Of a stretch of 64,000 nucleotides of DNA, positions 13,001 to 26,723 are shown in pieces; within the stretch, counting starts at the first letter, position 1; each line of letters begins with the position of its first letter. Source of the DNA: Amoeboaphelidium protococcarum X5 (Eukaryota; Fungi; Aphelidiomycota). The DNA lies in NCBI GenBank assembly GCA_023515725.1, contig JALDTO010000208.1, positions 497,868 to 561,867 on the forward strand. The letters are read 5' to 3'. Below the pieces are notes generated by a model. That model saw only the letters and a program-made list of their open reading frames with translations. It ran no database searches and had not been told where the DNA came from. The position numbers and the translations under genes were made by a program.

Positions 13001-13926
13001 CCTCTGAGCATCTCAACTGAGCCTTCATGCAATACAAGTCGCCCAAAAAATTTAGCGTACTCTTTAGCAGACTTATCTTCTGCCTCTAAATTCAGCTAGC
13101 TAAACTCCAAGCACAACTTTTCATACACTTTATAGGCTGAATTACAGCTATCAACCATTGCGATTAGAAGGTCAGCCATAAACTCGCTCAAATGAGTACT
13201 CAACTGCAGATTCTCCATAATCACGTCCACTACTTGATTAGACTGACCAAATCGGTCAACTATAAATGCAACTAAAGAGCCAATAATCTTCTTGATCTCT
13301 GTAGACTTGATATTAGGCTCAAACTTAATCAGGCACTTGACAATATCCCAGAGCATAGAAGCTGTAGTGGCAGCAGATGTTAATAAGTGGATACTAGACT
13401 ACTAGATAAGTAGGAACACTGTCTCAACCATACACACTTTCTACTCATCCCAATTCCATGATGATAATTATGATTAACCTTGAGATTGAACGCCAGTCTT
13501 TCGCGACTTTTTGGCAGATTTTAAAACCGTTTCACTTCCCGCGGCCAAAGTCGTGTGCGCCAAAGACTCACCACTGGACAAGTAACAATAACAGTAAATG
13601 GTAGCCAGTTACAAGGCTTAAACATTGTTCTATTTATCTTCTTTTAGTAACGACAGTAAATTCATAAGCATATTAAACATCTCAATTCTTTCCTTGTTAG
13701 ACATTCGGGAGAATTGACTCAGACAGTATGCAATAGCAATATGCACAGGAGTATCATGGTAGAACTCAAACAAGTTAAGGATATCCTCTTCCAAAAGTTC
13801 ATTCACATCCTGAATTATGGTACTCACTTAGACACCCTCCAACTCTGAAAAATCATAATCCTAGTCATACAAATGACCATAAGAGCTCAAATTGTGTCTA
13901 ATTCTAGAAATATCAACGTTGTCCAT
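10096..13926 (-). CDS. YCS4: Condensin I HEAT subunit Cnd1/CAP-D2
   Basis: 1276-aa frame: RLVDKSSIVRKEAI, LVWSKD..IREHVLQAFHSLY, VKQNVLMVLTNL, LLKVKNHLSQIAMCL. Confidence 0.9.
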
Positions 13927-14268
13927 TTTTTTGAAACTTTTAACAACGCTCTCTTATAAAATACAAAGTGAAACAAGAAAAGAGGAAGGACTGTCGCGAT
14001 CTCACTACGCGACTTGGTGAGCTTAATGGTGGGTCAATTCTTTCTCAATGGATGTGTCTTTAATTATCCGATTGGCTTTCACCCGGGCCGCTGACAGAGA
14101 CGCATCACATTTGTGACGAACGCGATACATTCTGGGACTGTACTTTGATCGCGTTTGTGATTTTGTTGTTGAGATTTTCTCCCTTTTTTTCCTCAATAAC
14201 TGTCAATCCTAAACCGATTTGGTGAATTTCTAGATCGGGTAATTTATGCCACCACGCACTAATCTAAT

Positions 14269-16107
14269 ATGCTCTTGCCACTGCTTAATCATCCTGATCT
14301 TCCGGATATCGTTTTTAGGTATTTGAGGGCTGCAGATGTGTTTAATTTGTGCTGCATTAACAAAACTGTGTGGTAAATAATGGTGAGCGATCTGAGTTTG
14401 ATTAGGACCATGTATCGGCGGTATTATGGCTCAGTTCTGGCAATGTATCGTATTAAAGACCACACATATTTGTACAAAATGGGCAACATGAAAGTGAGAA
14501 CTGCCAAGTAGCTGTATGAATATTTTGCATGTCCTGATTTGCGAAATTGTAAAGCTTTGCTCAACTTTGTCTATTTACACGAAACTGCTGCGTACGTGAT
14601 GCATGATAGTCCTTGGTTTTAGTTTATGCTATAATACTTGGAGAATTGTGAGCTTGATCGGGAGGTGTAATTCTAGATTGTAGCAACTCAAGACTACTGG
14701 CCAAGTTTTTATTTATATTGTCCCATAGAGAAGGTTATTGAAGATGGCCTGGTTCTGAGTAAGGGCAGTCGGGATCATATGGAGATTGTTATTACGCATT
14801 TGACGTATATCGATTTAGATAGTTATATTCCTCTCACTCCTTACACGCTTCAAATCCTTAATAGTCTGACTGTATAAAATTACCTGCATTATATTAAAGT
14901 AATGCGTCTTATTTAACGCGTCAACGCCCTTACTCTGTCTGATAGATACCGGAAGGCCTTTAAGATTTTTCATAAAAGCTCCCATGTATTTTCGTTTAGT
15001 TTGCGCGACTTGATCAAGCAAGTTCTTGTGGAGAAGCCATTTGTCAATATACAGACCACTATGATGATTATTGAAGATACTGTGGAGTCTCGGGATGATT
15101 ATGTGTATGCACGTCGATTGCTTCTTACTCACTTTGACTAGGTGTATCCCCATAGTTTTGAGCAGAATACCCATTTGTGTCTTTTGTCTTCTAGGGAGCT
15201 GGAACTGCTTTAATAGTATATAAACCGGACAGATATCTTATATCTTATGGATGTAGAGTTTAACTTATACATCACTGCAGAAACTAGCATGGCTCATATT
15301 TGTATGATCCTTTCTCGGTTATATGGCTTCGATGAGAAGGAGCAGTATTTAGATTTTCTATAAAAGTTGCTAAAATTTATGCTTCAGTAAGAGTACGTGA
15401 TGCCCACTCTGTATCTACTCATGGAATTAATACGGCACAACGTCTGGCTGCCTTTCATGGAATCGCTGACTGAGAAGTAAGTATTAACACTTTGTAAAGC
15501 AGTGTTGAACCAAGTAATGTATGGCAATTGTGATTTCAAATGTGGTGGTTAATGTATTTATTCATTGTTTGACTCGCTGGTCATTATAACGTCAAGTTAG
15601 TATGCGATGGCCATTCTAAGCAAAGTGGTTGAATATTATCTGGAGAAGGCCAATTTCGGTAGAGCTGTCACGTATGTCTAGTATATGCTGACTGTTATTA
15701 TGAAGCGGTGCCATCTAACTGGATTGGCTGAGCGGCGGAAGTAGTTTGAGATCATACTCGATCAGCTTTTAGAAAGTTACGCGTCCTTGAGTGCCATTGG
15801 AATCACATTCGCATCGATAGTTGATGAACACTTCAACTTGTGGCTATCCGATGCTCTAATGCCAGTTGTTATGGGCAATTTCATTAAACTCGGTCGAAAA
15901 TACGGTTCTCAAGTGGCTTTGGATGAGTTCAAAGACTTGCAGTGGTACCTGGACTTTGTAACCACGAGAGGCTAGCGATAATTATATAAAAGGATGGAAA
16001 TGGAGTTGAAGCAACTGCGCAAGTAATCGGATCTCTTCCCGCCAGTCTCTATTGAACTTATCAACTCACTGCTTTAAAGAGTATCTGATTTTAAACGTAG
16101 CCACTGA
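14269..16107 (+). CDS. F-box-like N-terminus plus helical domain, unknown function
   Basis: Long frame (612 aa) starting LLNHPDLPDIVFRYLRAADVFNLCCINKTVW, an F-box pattern. Confidence 0.65.
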
Positions 16108-16222
16108 TTATACTGATAACACTATTAAATAGATACTTCACTAGCATCAACTTTTAAAAGTTTTATCTTTAAGTGAAATAGATCTTAAGTCTTTCTCTTC
16201 CCTTTGATACTAAAATTCAAAG

Positions 16223-17653
16223 ATGCAGAAAATGATGATTAGACGTTTAAAATCAACAGCCTCTGTAAAGACGCCATCCGGTGCGTCTCAATCGCTGTAA
16301 GTTAGCAAATTGCCTAATGGTGTCACAGTAGCTACCGATAATACATCTGGGTACTTTGTCGGACTTGGAATGTATATCAAAGCCGGCTCCAGGTATGAAG
16401 ATGCGATTGGATCTGGTGATTAACTGCAAGGATATTCACATTTAGCAGAGAAATTGGCATTCAAAGGCTCTTTAAATATATAGAGAGAGTCCATGTCCAC
16501 AGCGATGGAAGAGATGGGTGGAAATATTCATTCTGTATCTACCAGGGAAAATATAATCTATCAGGGAACCACCTTCGCGTAGCATATACCGCGTCTTTTT
16601 GAACTGTATGCCAACAATGTTAGATCGCCTATAATTGATGATTAGGTGGTTGAAGATTCAGTCGCTGCTGCTGAATGGGAAGTGTTCTAGCAAGAGGATA
16701 GAGTGACTGAATTCGGACTACTCTAATTGACGCATTAAACTGCATTTGGGAAGAATACATTGGGAAATTCGTAATATTTCGACGCGTCTAGGATGCCTGT
16801 TGGTTCGCTTGCGGATGGTCTTCGCAATTATGTCAATCATTTCTTCAAGCCTTAGAATATTGTTGTCGCCGGCGTTGGTTGTGACCACCAAGAGATTATG
16901 GACTTGGCTAATATGCATTTGGGTGATTGGAAAGCGCCATCTGCTACAACCGGCAAGGTCGCCGCGGCGACTGTCTCTCCCTCAAAGTACGAAGGCGGGC
17001 AGTGTATAAAGTCGTACACTCCGCCTAGTCATCTACCGCCTAACTTGAAGGATTTGACACATATTCAGTTGGCCTTTTAGAGTCCGCGGTTCAATTCTCC
17101 TGATGTTTATGCCTACTCTGTCCTTCAGACGCTGCTAGGTGGTGGTGATTCGTTTAGTGCCGGAGGTCCAGGTAAAGGCATGTATTCGCGACTCTACACC
17201 AACGTTCTCAATCGATACTACTGGGTGGAGAGCATATCTGCACAGAATCACAGCTATTCAGATAATGGAATATTTGTGTATCATGCCACTGTTCCTCATC
17301 ATGCTGTGACGAACGCTCTAAAAGTAATAGGCACGGAAATTCAGAAGGTGATCGACTCCCCTATTTTGGATATTGAATTATAGCGGGCTAAGAATCAACT
17401 AAAGTCTCAAGTATTCCTCAATATGGAATCTCGAATGGTTCAAGTAGAAGATATTGGGCGGTAGGTGCAGATTATAGGTACTCGAATCAGTCCTAATGAG
17501 TTGAATGATAGGATTGAGCAAGTGACCGCTTAGGACATTAAAAAGGCTGTCATTGACATGTGCTCCACCAAGCCAACGTTTACTCTGCTAGGGAATACGC
17601 GTCACGCTCCCGACCTGTACAAGATTTACCGCCAATTTGGCTTCAAGACATGA
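16223..17653 (+). CDS. MAS2: Mitochondrial processing peptidase alpha subunit
   Basis: [16 protein letters not shown], glycine loop [36 protein letters not shown]. Confidence 0.95.
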
Positions 17654-17764
17654 GTACATTTAAATAGAGTATTTCACCGTGAAAGTTGAATATTCTTGGG
17701 AAATCATAGATAAATTAAATTTTATATACATTTTGAAGCATATTGACATACGTGACTGTTAGTA

Positions 17765-19915
17765 TCATTCAAAGCTCGGAAGATCAACTTCAGCTTCCTT
17801 GATAACTTGAGTTTTACCGATTGAGTCCAACAAATCTCTGTCCTCTTGAGACAGAATCGAATGAGGTCTTTCCAAAGGATCGCTCTCTTTAGGCCATATT
17901 ATGGAATCGTCGGCCCATAACTAATAGTTGCTTTAGCCATTGAATATTGGCTTGGACGGGAGTGGATACTTGGCAGAAGTTTAAGCCATGCTTTTAAACT
18001 TTGAGCCGTACAACTTCATAGTGGTGGCAACAGCAGCAAATTTGGCTCCTTCATAATCTCCCAAATGAAATATCGCATCCAAAAAGTTCTGCATTCTGCC
18101 TTTGCGCTCCAGTAGAACCCGTCCCATAGCCAGTATGGTGAGTGATATTTCATACATCATCATATCCCGCACAGCGACAATGATATTCCTTTCCACGACT
18201 GCAGGATGCGTTAACCATTTTCCAGTGATAGGCTCTCGAAGTCCACCCTTCTAATTTCTAATCCAGTCGTCCCTGAAATGCTAAAGCCATTCATCAGATG
18301 GCATGATATTAGACATCTTTTTCATCAGCAGAGTATTACTCACCAGCCGGGAGCGAGCCATTTTCAATCCACCCAACTTGGTAGTCCATATGCGAACGAA
18401 TCGCTGAGACGCCTGGCGCCACATGTTATTCGGTCCGCTGTATGAACTGATATCCTCCTCATATTCGGTAGCTACTTGAAGGAAAATGGCGCCAATCCTA
18501 CTCAAAACTTCACGTCCATGTGGATGAAATAGAAGACCTGATGCAATCTACTGAGCACGGCGTCGATCTTCCATCAGACCGTATCCTGTATTCATATATG
18601 CCGGTCGCATCTAGCCACCGCAAGTCTCTCTCCAATTGGCAGTATTCTACATCATTGCATTCCAGTACCACTCGGCCAATGTCTCAGCTTTTCGCACGGT
18701 CATCTCCTTGACAAGATCAGCTGGCCATCCCGGATCATGACCAAGATGGAATACTTTCTCAAACTGCTTAAAGGACACCAGGCTGCCACCTACCAATCGT
18801 TCGAGATCCACACCGCCAAACTGATTAACGAACCAGCGTTCAGTAAATGGAGAGGGTGGTTGTGTGATGGGAAACAAGGCACTCAACTAATGTTGATGCA
18901 TATTTGACATGGCAATTGCTGACAACATGTGCTTTCTTGGCATGATGTATTTCAAATTCATATGTCCCTGCTTGAGTTTAGTATCATAATCCCGGTATTT
19001 GGGCTTATATATGAATGATTCGGCAGGATTGAATGATGTAATATCAAAGTAGAGGCAATATGTCTCATGTGGGAACAAGTCATGACCATCAGGCACGGTC
19101 CACTCGAATATATGTGTCTAATCCAATGTGGTGAATACATCAGACGCGGACGATGATGCCGGACGCCAGTGAGATGTGTCAATTCCAGGAGGATGTTCCA
19201 GAACAGCCCCTGTCGCATCGACAAACATAGTTTTTAGATGGATCATATCAGAGGTTATGGCGGATTTATGAGGGCGTTTGCAGACAGTAAGGTACACTGA
19301 GAGGTATGGATAATCGGGAGGATATAAATCACCAATTTGAAAAGCGATAGAGTACCGCTAACCATTATATAGTTCAGGATTGAGCGTAGAGTCATGGGAG
19401 AGAGTTATGGTACGATATTGATCAGAGGCAGTAGTAGGGGCAATAATGAGAAGCTTGTCTACAATAAAATAAGGCAATTAATTAACGAGATTATAACGAG
19501 TGCATTTAATTACAGTAAAGTAGACTTACTAATCTTTCGCATCTCTGAGCGTATAAAGGATTCATGCGTGTCGTCCAGTCTCTGCATATACTGCGACATT
19601 TGATCAATATTCGGTCGGAACTGATTGGGACCTTCTACATTACTTTGCGATGAATGATGGGAATTACTTGATAACTTACGTTGACTAAGGGTAGATGTAA
19701 ATACCTGTAAACTCGTTTGGAAATTGATCAGCACACAGCATAGTCTACTTCATTCTTGTATAGAATCTAGAGTACCATGGCTTAATCGGAGCGTCGTAAT
19801 ACTTGTTTTAACTCTAGATTCTGCGTGCTTTTCTCTTGCTATGTCCAAACATGGAATGGACTTGATCAAGCACCAGCAGCGATACAACAATCACCCTCAA
19901 TAGTTGGCCTTTCAT
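17765..19915 (-). CDS. Putative secreted protein of unknown function (probably 2 introns near 5' end)
   Basis: Signal-peptide-like start MKGQLLRVIVVSLLVLDQVHS. Long open frame ~19460-17765. Exon structure inferred from GT-AG sites. Confidence 0.6.
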
Positions 19916-20194
19916 TCTAATTCTAGAAGTAATATTAAAACAGTAGAATTGCATGGATCGAGACAATAGAAAAAGGTGAGAGAGAATCTTACAGTACACT
20001 GCCTATAAAAAGCCTCTCGCGTGGCTTAACAGTGTTGCGACAATGATTGATCCATCATAAAGAGGCGTTCAATCACGCGACAATATGGCTGCCTGATGGT
20101 CACAATTCAACATCGCATAAACACAGCTCAATATTACGGACTAGAAAACTTAAAGTGAAATGGTAGTGATTAGATATACAGTATATATTCTTCA

Positions 20195-20919
20195 TCATCT
20201 TTCGTTCCGATCAAGGATTAACGCGTTGTCTGTGGATTATACATCGTTAGTGGCTGTGTTATCATCCTTGTTCATGTATTGATCTTGAACCGACTGATTA
20301 CCCATCTATTAAACTTGACTCACCAAAGCGATGATCTCGTCTTTCTTCCTATTAAACATTTCCATTCTGCTTGAGATTTAACTCTGAATTTAAACTACTT
20401 CATCCTCTACCTGACTAATTTAAGCTTATAGATTATCGCGCGATGGTAAAGTGAGCAAATCTTCAGCCAGAGTATCGTATTCTTGTCTCTATAGAGCGAC
20501 TTACTTGACGCGTTCTATTTCACTTTTACACTAGTTTATATCAGATTGTACACTTACACATGATTTTTGAGTATTCTAATGTTCTTGCTGAGTTAACAAA
20601 GTCTGCTTGATCAACATTTACTACATCGCCAACTGTTTCTATACATTCTGCTCCAATAAACACCATTCAAGAGTCAATTTCTCCTTCAACATTGCCTTCT
20701 GTTATAAAAATGCATCATCTTAAGCCGCATTTGGATCACCACAAGCCTTGTAATATTCAGAGTTGAGTACACCTGCAAGAGTTTTATATGATTTCTTAAA
20801 GATTTTTTCCTCTGATAATAGTTTATCCTTGATCAAAGTATCTACTCAATAGAATGCGAAATTATATAGTTTAATGATGTATAACGAAAAAGCATTAAAT
20901 TTAATTTACCTTCATCCAT
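20195..20919 (-). CDS. THOC7: THO complex subunit 7
   Basis: MDEDTLIKDKLL start, coiled coil, RQEYDTLAEDLLTLPSR. Intron 20842-20909. Confidence 0.75.
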
Positions 20920-21002
20920 TTCTTAAAAAATGTTATATATATTTTAGGCGAACAACTACAATATATTTCAACACCTTCTGAAATCTTTGTGAAATGAGAC
21001 GA

Positions 21003-21728
21003 TCAGTGCGCGTCACTTTGTTGTAGTAACAAATCGATAAAGCGACGATGAAATATCGCTTATTTGGTTAGCTCCGGGTGGAAAGTTAGGCCGATCAGAT
21101 TGTCTTACTACACCGCAACCGGCTAATCAATTCCATTACTATCTTTGATAGTTGCGAGAACTTTAACCTTATCAGCATTAACTCTTATGATTCCCGGAGC
21201 ACGGATAAACGCGCATCGTATCACCTCTGTCGCAGCTTGTGTGGTGGCATCCCGGTCACATAGCTCTATTTCTCCCATGAATGAATACTTTTAAGGGCCA
21301 TAAAAATTCCTACGCACCTGAACATCTAATCCACCAATAGATTACTTATCATGATCTCCAATCTGACCATTATTACTACTATCATCCAGAATTTAATCCG
21401 AGAGCAAAATCAAACCAGCACATGTGCCCAGAACGGGCAATTTATGTTCCCTTATTGCCAGTCTCAGAACTTCAATTAGATCTTGATTGTCATGGTGAGA
21501 TACAATGCGCATGGTAGTAGACTCTCCACCACCTAGAATCAGTCCATCTAAAAGCAGTTATCCATGGCGGAAGACATCTGCAGCAGTTCTGATAAACTTG
21601 GGAATTATTTCTACATGATGGTTAGAAGATTCTTTTAGTTCCAAAGCGATTTACGTAACTAGATCAAAGTGTTCTTTATAAGCACCTTATAGAGCTAACA
21701 CACCAACTACCAATTACTATTTCGTCAT
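21003..21728 (-). CDS. PDX2: Pyridoxal 5'-phosphate synthase glutaminase subunit (PDX2/SNO)
   Basis: GVLALQG, GGESTT, GTCAGLILL, FIRAP, FHPEL. Confidence 0.95.
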
Positions 21729-21844
21729 TTTCAAACAATCGCTGTCATTGAGAGATTAGAAGATCAGCCACCGAATTAACCGAGTGAATCTAAAGCCGGC
21801 AATAATGATATAAACATGAGACTTTTCTTAATTATTCATCATTT

Positions 21845-23614
21845 TCATTCATAATACTACAGAGAATCCAATGTCTAGCTATTTCCATCATGATTTTGTT
21901 ATAAGTTGTGATCTATATTCTCAGAATCTGAGCGTTCTTCATCGTCTCCCTGATGATCAAACTGATTTACAAAGACCGTCTTTCGCCCATTGAGAACTTC
22001 ATTTACAAATTTTTAGACTATTTTGTCTCCTTTATACGATACTTGCTTCAACTCTCGTCTTATTGATGCATTAAGCGATACTTGAGTGGTATCATCATCA
22101 ATAACTCTACCATTGGCACCCTACTTCTTTTTGGCATTTCTTAAATTATGAACATACGCGTCAATCTCTTACGGGTCAAATGATCTCAATATACCAGGAC
22201 TTGCATCATTATCATTATCACCAAACTTTGCAGAAAGAGGGGTGAATGAAGTTTTGAGATAGCACTATCTAGCCGGAGTTTATAATGCAGCGGCGTCCAT
22301 AGTATTGCCATCTTTTCCGTCTGCAAAGTAATCATTGTCAGGCAATTGTTGAAGCACTTTTCGTTGCTCTATGAGCTGTCTCAGCTGACGCTTTCTAGCT
22401 AAAGTGCCCTTCCTGGCTGTAATCTCCATAGGCTGAAACACTTAAGGCTCTTTGGGCATGTTACCAGTAGGACTTTAATCCTTCTCCTTATCAATGCCGT
22501 TGATGTTTTAAGGTCTATCATCATCACTATCGGAGCCATGGACCAACTTTAGCAGAGAATTGCGCTTGCCACCAGATAGTCGTTTAGCCTGAGGAGAATC
22601 ATCAAAGAGCGCCTAGTACTTAATAAGACACTCTTCTGCAGATCTGGATCCCATGTCGGCAGATATTAAATCCCAAAAGTCTTCCTGCTTCAGCTACTGC
22701 CTGTGTCTAAAAACTAGATCCATCAATAGTTTTGTTTCAGCGACAGACCATTACGGACACACTGGCTTAGAATCAACAGCCTTTATAACAATAGTTTACT
22801 CTTCAGGATGAGCATCGAAATAGTCATCATTTGGATCCGAGTTTATAGTGCGCTTGCGAGGAGTTTAATTGTTCAGTGATGAAGACACCGTTTTGATCAG
22901 CGATTTAATATAGTCAGATGATTTCCTGCTCTTACTCTTGCTCTTCACTGATGAATTCTGCACAGATGATTGACCAGACTTGCGACTTTTCACCATTGAT
23001 TCAAAGTCGCTATCAGATGACAATGAATACTTTTACTAGGTCTTCTTCCTAATGCTCTTGCGCTATGACACACTAGCAGGTTGATTAGACTTTTTGGATT
23101 TCCCAACCACGCGTTCACCAGACAATCTCTTTAAAGGCTTCTTCGTCAATTAAATGGGCTAAATGTTTGATTTACTACCACCACCATGACCATCACCATC
23201 ATGTAAACTATCGTGTTGATTCTCCTTGTTAGAGTGATAAGGCGACGTTTCAAGGGAAGCGATTTCAGTGACTGACGGTGGAACAGTAGCGGCGGGAGAG
23301 GATGAAGTCAACTGCAACATCCTGGCTGATATATTCGATTTAACAACACTCTCCACATCATTTCCCATAGAAACAGGATCGCGAGGCTAATATCGCATTT
23401 CCGATTTATTAGAAGACGGTACTATCGATACATCATTATTGATAACCGTTGAGCAGCCTGCAGCATTCGACTATCTTCTAGCGGGCAGCTATTGTCGTGA
23501 CACCTTCGGAACTAAGAACGAACTCTTCACCTAAGGATTCAATTTATTCAATAAATGAACAGGCAGAGCTAATTACTTATTTTAAAACCTATTAATATCA
23601 TTGTTCTACTACAT
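21845..23614 (-). CDS. Mis18BP1/KNL2-like SANT-domain protein
   Basis: SANT/Myb domain (WSVAETKLL...FWDLISADMGSRSAEECLIKY), then ITARKGTLARKRQLRQLIEQ..DNDYF and SPGILRSFDPQEIDAYV, resembling the vertebrate M18BP1 C-terminus. Confidence 0.65.
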
Positions 23615-23755
23615 GGCTTGCACTAATATCAGATATTTTCTCTTTATGATAAGCTTAGAGAGGTTGGTTCTCCCCTTACAGATAGATAGTTCTTTAGTGT
23701 TGAAACGATTGAAAAACAGAAGAAACGATAAACGCGAAATCTAAATAGTTGTGGA

Positions 23756-24125
23756 ATGACTGTGAGTAAATCTATTACCGTTGAATTCAGGTGAGAATGT
23801 ATTCATATAGAATCTTAATTAATAATTTTAATTAATTTTTAGTCTATGTAGTGGTGGAATGGAGATGCTATTTAATGATCAACGTTCAATTGACGTGACT
23901 TTGCCTGATAAAATTGTGAAAATGAAAGATTTATTACCATATCTGCGAGATACTTACATGGTGGCTAAAGATGCCAGCACTTAATTATTTATGCTCAAAG
24001 ACACCGTGCGACCTGGAGTACTTGTGCTTGTAAATGATGTGGATTGGGAGCTCTTGGACACGACTGATTATGAAATTGCCGACAATGACACGATATTATT
24101 CATCAGCACTCTTCACGGTGGTTGA
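23756..24125 (+). CDS. URM1: Ubiquitin-related modifier 1
   Basis: [35 protein letters not shown]. Intron 23791-23851. Confidence 0.95.
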
Positions 24126-24229
24126 TTTATGATGTCACCAATAAAATAAAAATATTCTCGTGTACATTATTAGCGTTATTAATCTCTTTATATTATATAA
24201 AATTATCAAAAACATATCACTGTTAGTAA

Positions 24230-25120
24230 TCAATGTCCAATGTACACGGCAAAATACTTCTTGGCCAGCTGAGGATCGTCTTTTTCAATACGCGAGACGA
24301 GATCTTCAATGCTCTTCACTCGTTGCAACAGAGCGTACAACTCATCCCTCTCCCGTTTGATCTTCTGCCGTTTGGCGCCGAGCAGTGCATCGCGATGACT
24401 ACCAGCGATAAATTCTTCCAGCTCTTCGATTCTCTACCTGACTCCCTGCACCAGTGCATTAGAAGATGCATCTCCGGCCACTTCAGAATCTTCATCCAGA
24501 GCGGTGAACTCTTCCAAATTGGGATAATCAACAACGCAGCTGCTTTCAAAATATTCTTCTTTAATGGCTGCAGTTCTAGCTGATCTGGTCGCTACTCTGC
24601 TCGATCCGCTCTGATGCTGCTGATTGTTTTCAAGCGCCATTTCATTCCGATGGATGGCAGCAGTTTTTGCAGCATTGAGATACTCTGACACTTCTGGATG
24701 AACCTCTTTAGTTTCATCGCTTTCATCTACATCATTGACGGAAGTCGTGGTAGGCTATACAATAACGCGCTTGCTGTACTGACGGTAACAACCTTCATTA
24801 ATGTTGGCATTAAGCTATTCCATAACCTTCTCGTCTGGGGAGCATAATCGATTCTATTCCAAAGGCGGAAGCACGGGCGCAGATATGCCCATAGAATTTC
24901 CAAGCTTCTAACAATATTAAATAAATTAAATGCTATGCTCGTCAGTCACACTCTAATCAGTACCTAATTCCAGCTGATCAATCAATTTCTACAGTCCACC
25001 CAGAGCGGCATTGGTAATCTTTCTGTCAATTTATTATTGATCGCATATATTCTATGTATATTAAGCAATGGCATGGAGTAACAGAATAGTCTCCGGAGCT
25101 TAAGGCATTTTATCTCTCAT
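24230..25120 (-). CDS. Hypothetical protein, weak MBIP-like C-terminus
   Basis: 296-aa open frame. VRQRIEELEEF...LLQRVKSIEDLVSRIEKDDP..KYF resembles the MBIP C-terminal motif. Confidence 0.55.
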
Positions 25121-25293
25121 ACTGATGATGACGTGACAATTATAATATCGCTATTGAGAAATCGGATCAAAATGATGATGAAAAAAGAACGAATGAATGA
25201 AGAGGGGCCTCTTCCTTTTTTTTACTTCAATACGGCAATTTTCTTTCATCTAACTCAATTGATTATTTAAATTGGCATCAAGTTTAATCCGAA

Positions 25294-26010
25294 ATGACAA
25301 ATTATACTGCAGGTTCAATTATTAAAAGTCTTTCATAGTATAAGTAAGCGCTATCAGAGGCAGGATCGGCTCAGATTATCCTTGCAATGTTTCATGCAGA
25401 GTGGGCAGACGAGTCAAAGCTGATGATGGAGGTATTACGCGTATCGGAAGAAAAGTATCCTGGTAGAGTGAAAGCATTGGTCATTGATGCCGAGGAAGCT
25501 GAGGATTTGACACTTTAGTTTGGTGTTGAGTTAGTGCCTACAGTTGTCATTGGCAAGATTAACGCGTCTGGCTCCTTGAGTATGATTGACTCTGTCGTTG
25601 GATACTCTCCTTAGTAGCTGCAATAGAGTGTAGAAAAGGCACTACTTTCAGTTGGTTTGGTCGCTGAACAATCTGGCATTTCTACTGCTGCAGAACCATT
25701 GACGGATAAATTGAAGCGCCTTACCAGCTAGTCAAAGGTGGTTTTATTCATGAAAGGAAATCCTGATGTTCCAAAGTGCGGCTTCTCGCGTACAATGATC
25801 TCTCTACTAAATTCTAATCTGCCACACGAATATAAATCTCAACTATCCACTTTTGACATCCTGGAAGATGAATAGGTTCGCCAAGGATTGAAAGAGTACT
25901 CCAGCTGGCCTACTTATCCACAACTGTACGTTAATGGTGAGTTTGTCGGCGGACTTGATATCTGCAAGGAGATGATTGAAAATGGGGAGTTTCAAGAGCT
26001 ATTTCAATGA
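25294..26010 (+). CDS. GRX4: Monothiol glutaredoxin Grx3/4 (Trx + Grx)
   Basis: [38 protein letters not shown]-terminal Trx-like domain. Confidence 0.93.
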
Positions 26011-26085
26011 TATACACTCCGCAAATACTAATTGATAAGAAAACTATGACTTAAACATTTATAAAAAATTCATTAAATCATTAAA

Positions 26086-26550
26086 TCATGCCACATTGTT
26101 CAATCCAAGTCTATTGCGAGCAATTTCGATGGCATAAAATTATACGCGAGTCACCAACACTGAAGTGTCTTGCTCATAATCAGCCAGCATATTAGTTTTA
26201 GGATCACGGGCGTTAACGCGCAGCAATGTGCCGAAATTGTAATCTTCAACATTCTTCTCATACTTCATACACCAATTTCGCCAGCGCTCTTTCATCTGCG
26301 GACTCTTTAGATGATTATCTTCGCTGATATTCTACAAAACATCAGTGTTATGCAGCTCAGGGAAATCAGACTTAAACGACTCGTACAGCATATCATCATG
26401 AGGAGTCAATCGCATTTCAGAATTATCGCCATTACTCTTCAGCAGACTAATGTACGTCTCGGCATGGATGGACGCTTTGATAGCCCATCCCATTTCAATA
26501 GTCTAATTATTCTCAATATTTTCCGCGTCAATCCACGATGAGCTGGCCAT
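26086..26550 (-). CDS. PBDC1: PBDC1/YPL225W family protein
   Basis: IEMGWAIKA, LTPHDD.LY..FK..FP, KERWR, VEDYNFGTLLR, QFYAIEIARNRLGLN. Confidence 0.92.
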
Positions 26551-26723
26551 TTTGTATAATAGTGATGCAAATTTAGTATTTGTGATAAAAAGAAAGCGAG
26601 AATCACAACGGCATGATGATCTGCCGAATAGCTTTTCATCGATTTTCTTCTTGGTCTTTCGAGAATTTACTCGCGCGCGTTTGATCGTAACCGTTAGTAT
26701 TACCGTTATCAATTTGAGCCCGT

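Noticed and set aside
13990-14160. CGCG/MCB-like elements in the Cnd1 promoter region
   Set aside because: Similar motifs occur throughout the window, so they cannot be supported without enrichment statistics.
24908-24963. Apparent GT-AG intron in the MBIP-like gene
   Set aside because: The region reads through in frame under table 6, and splicing it would shift the frame.
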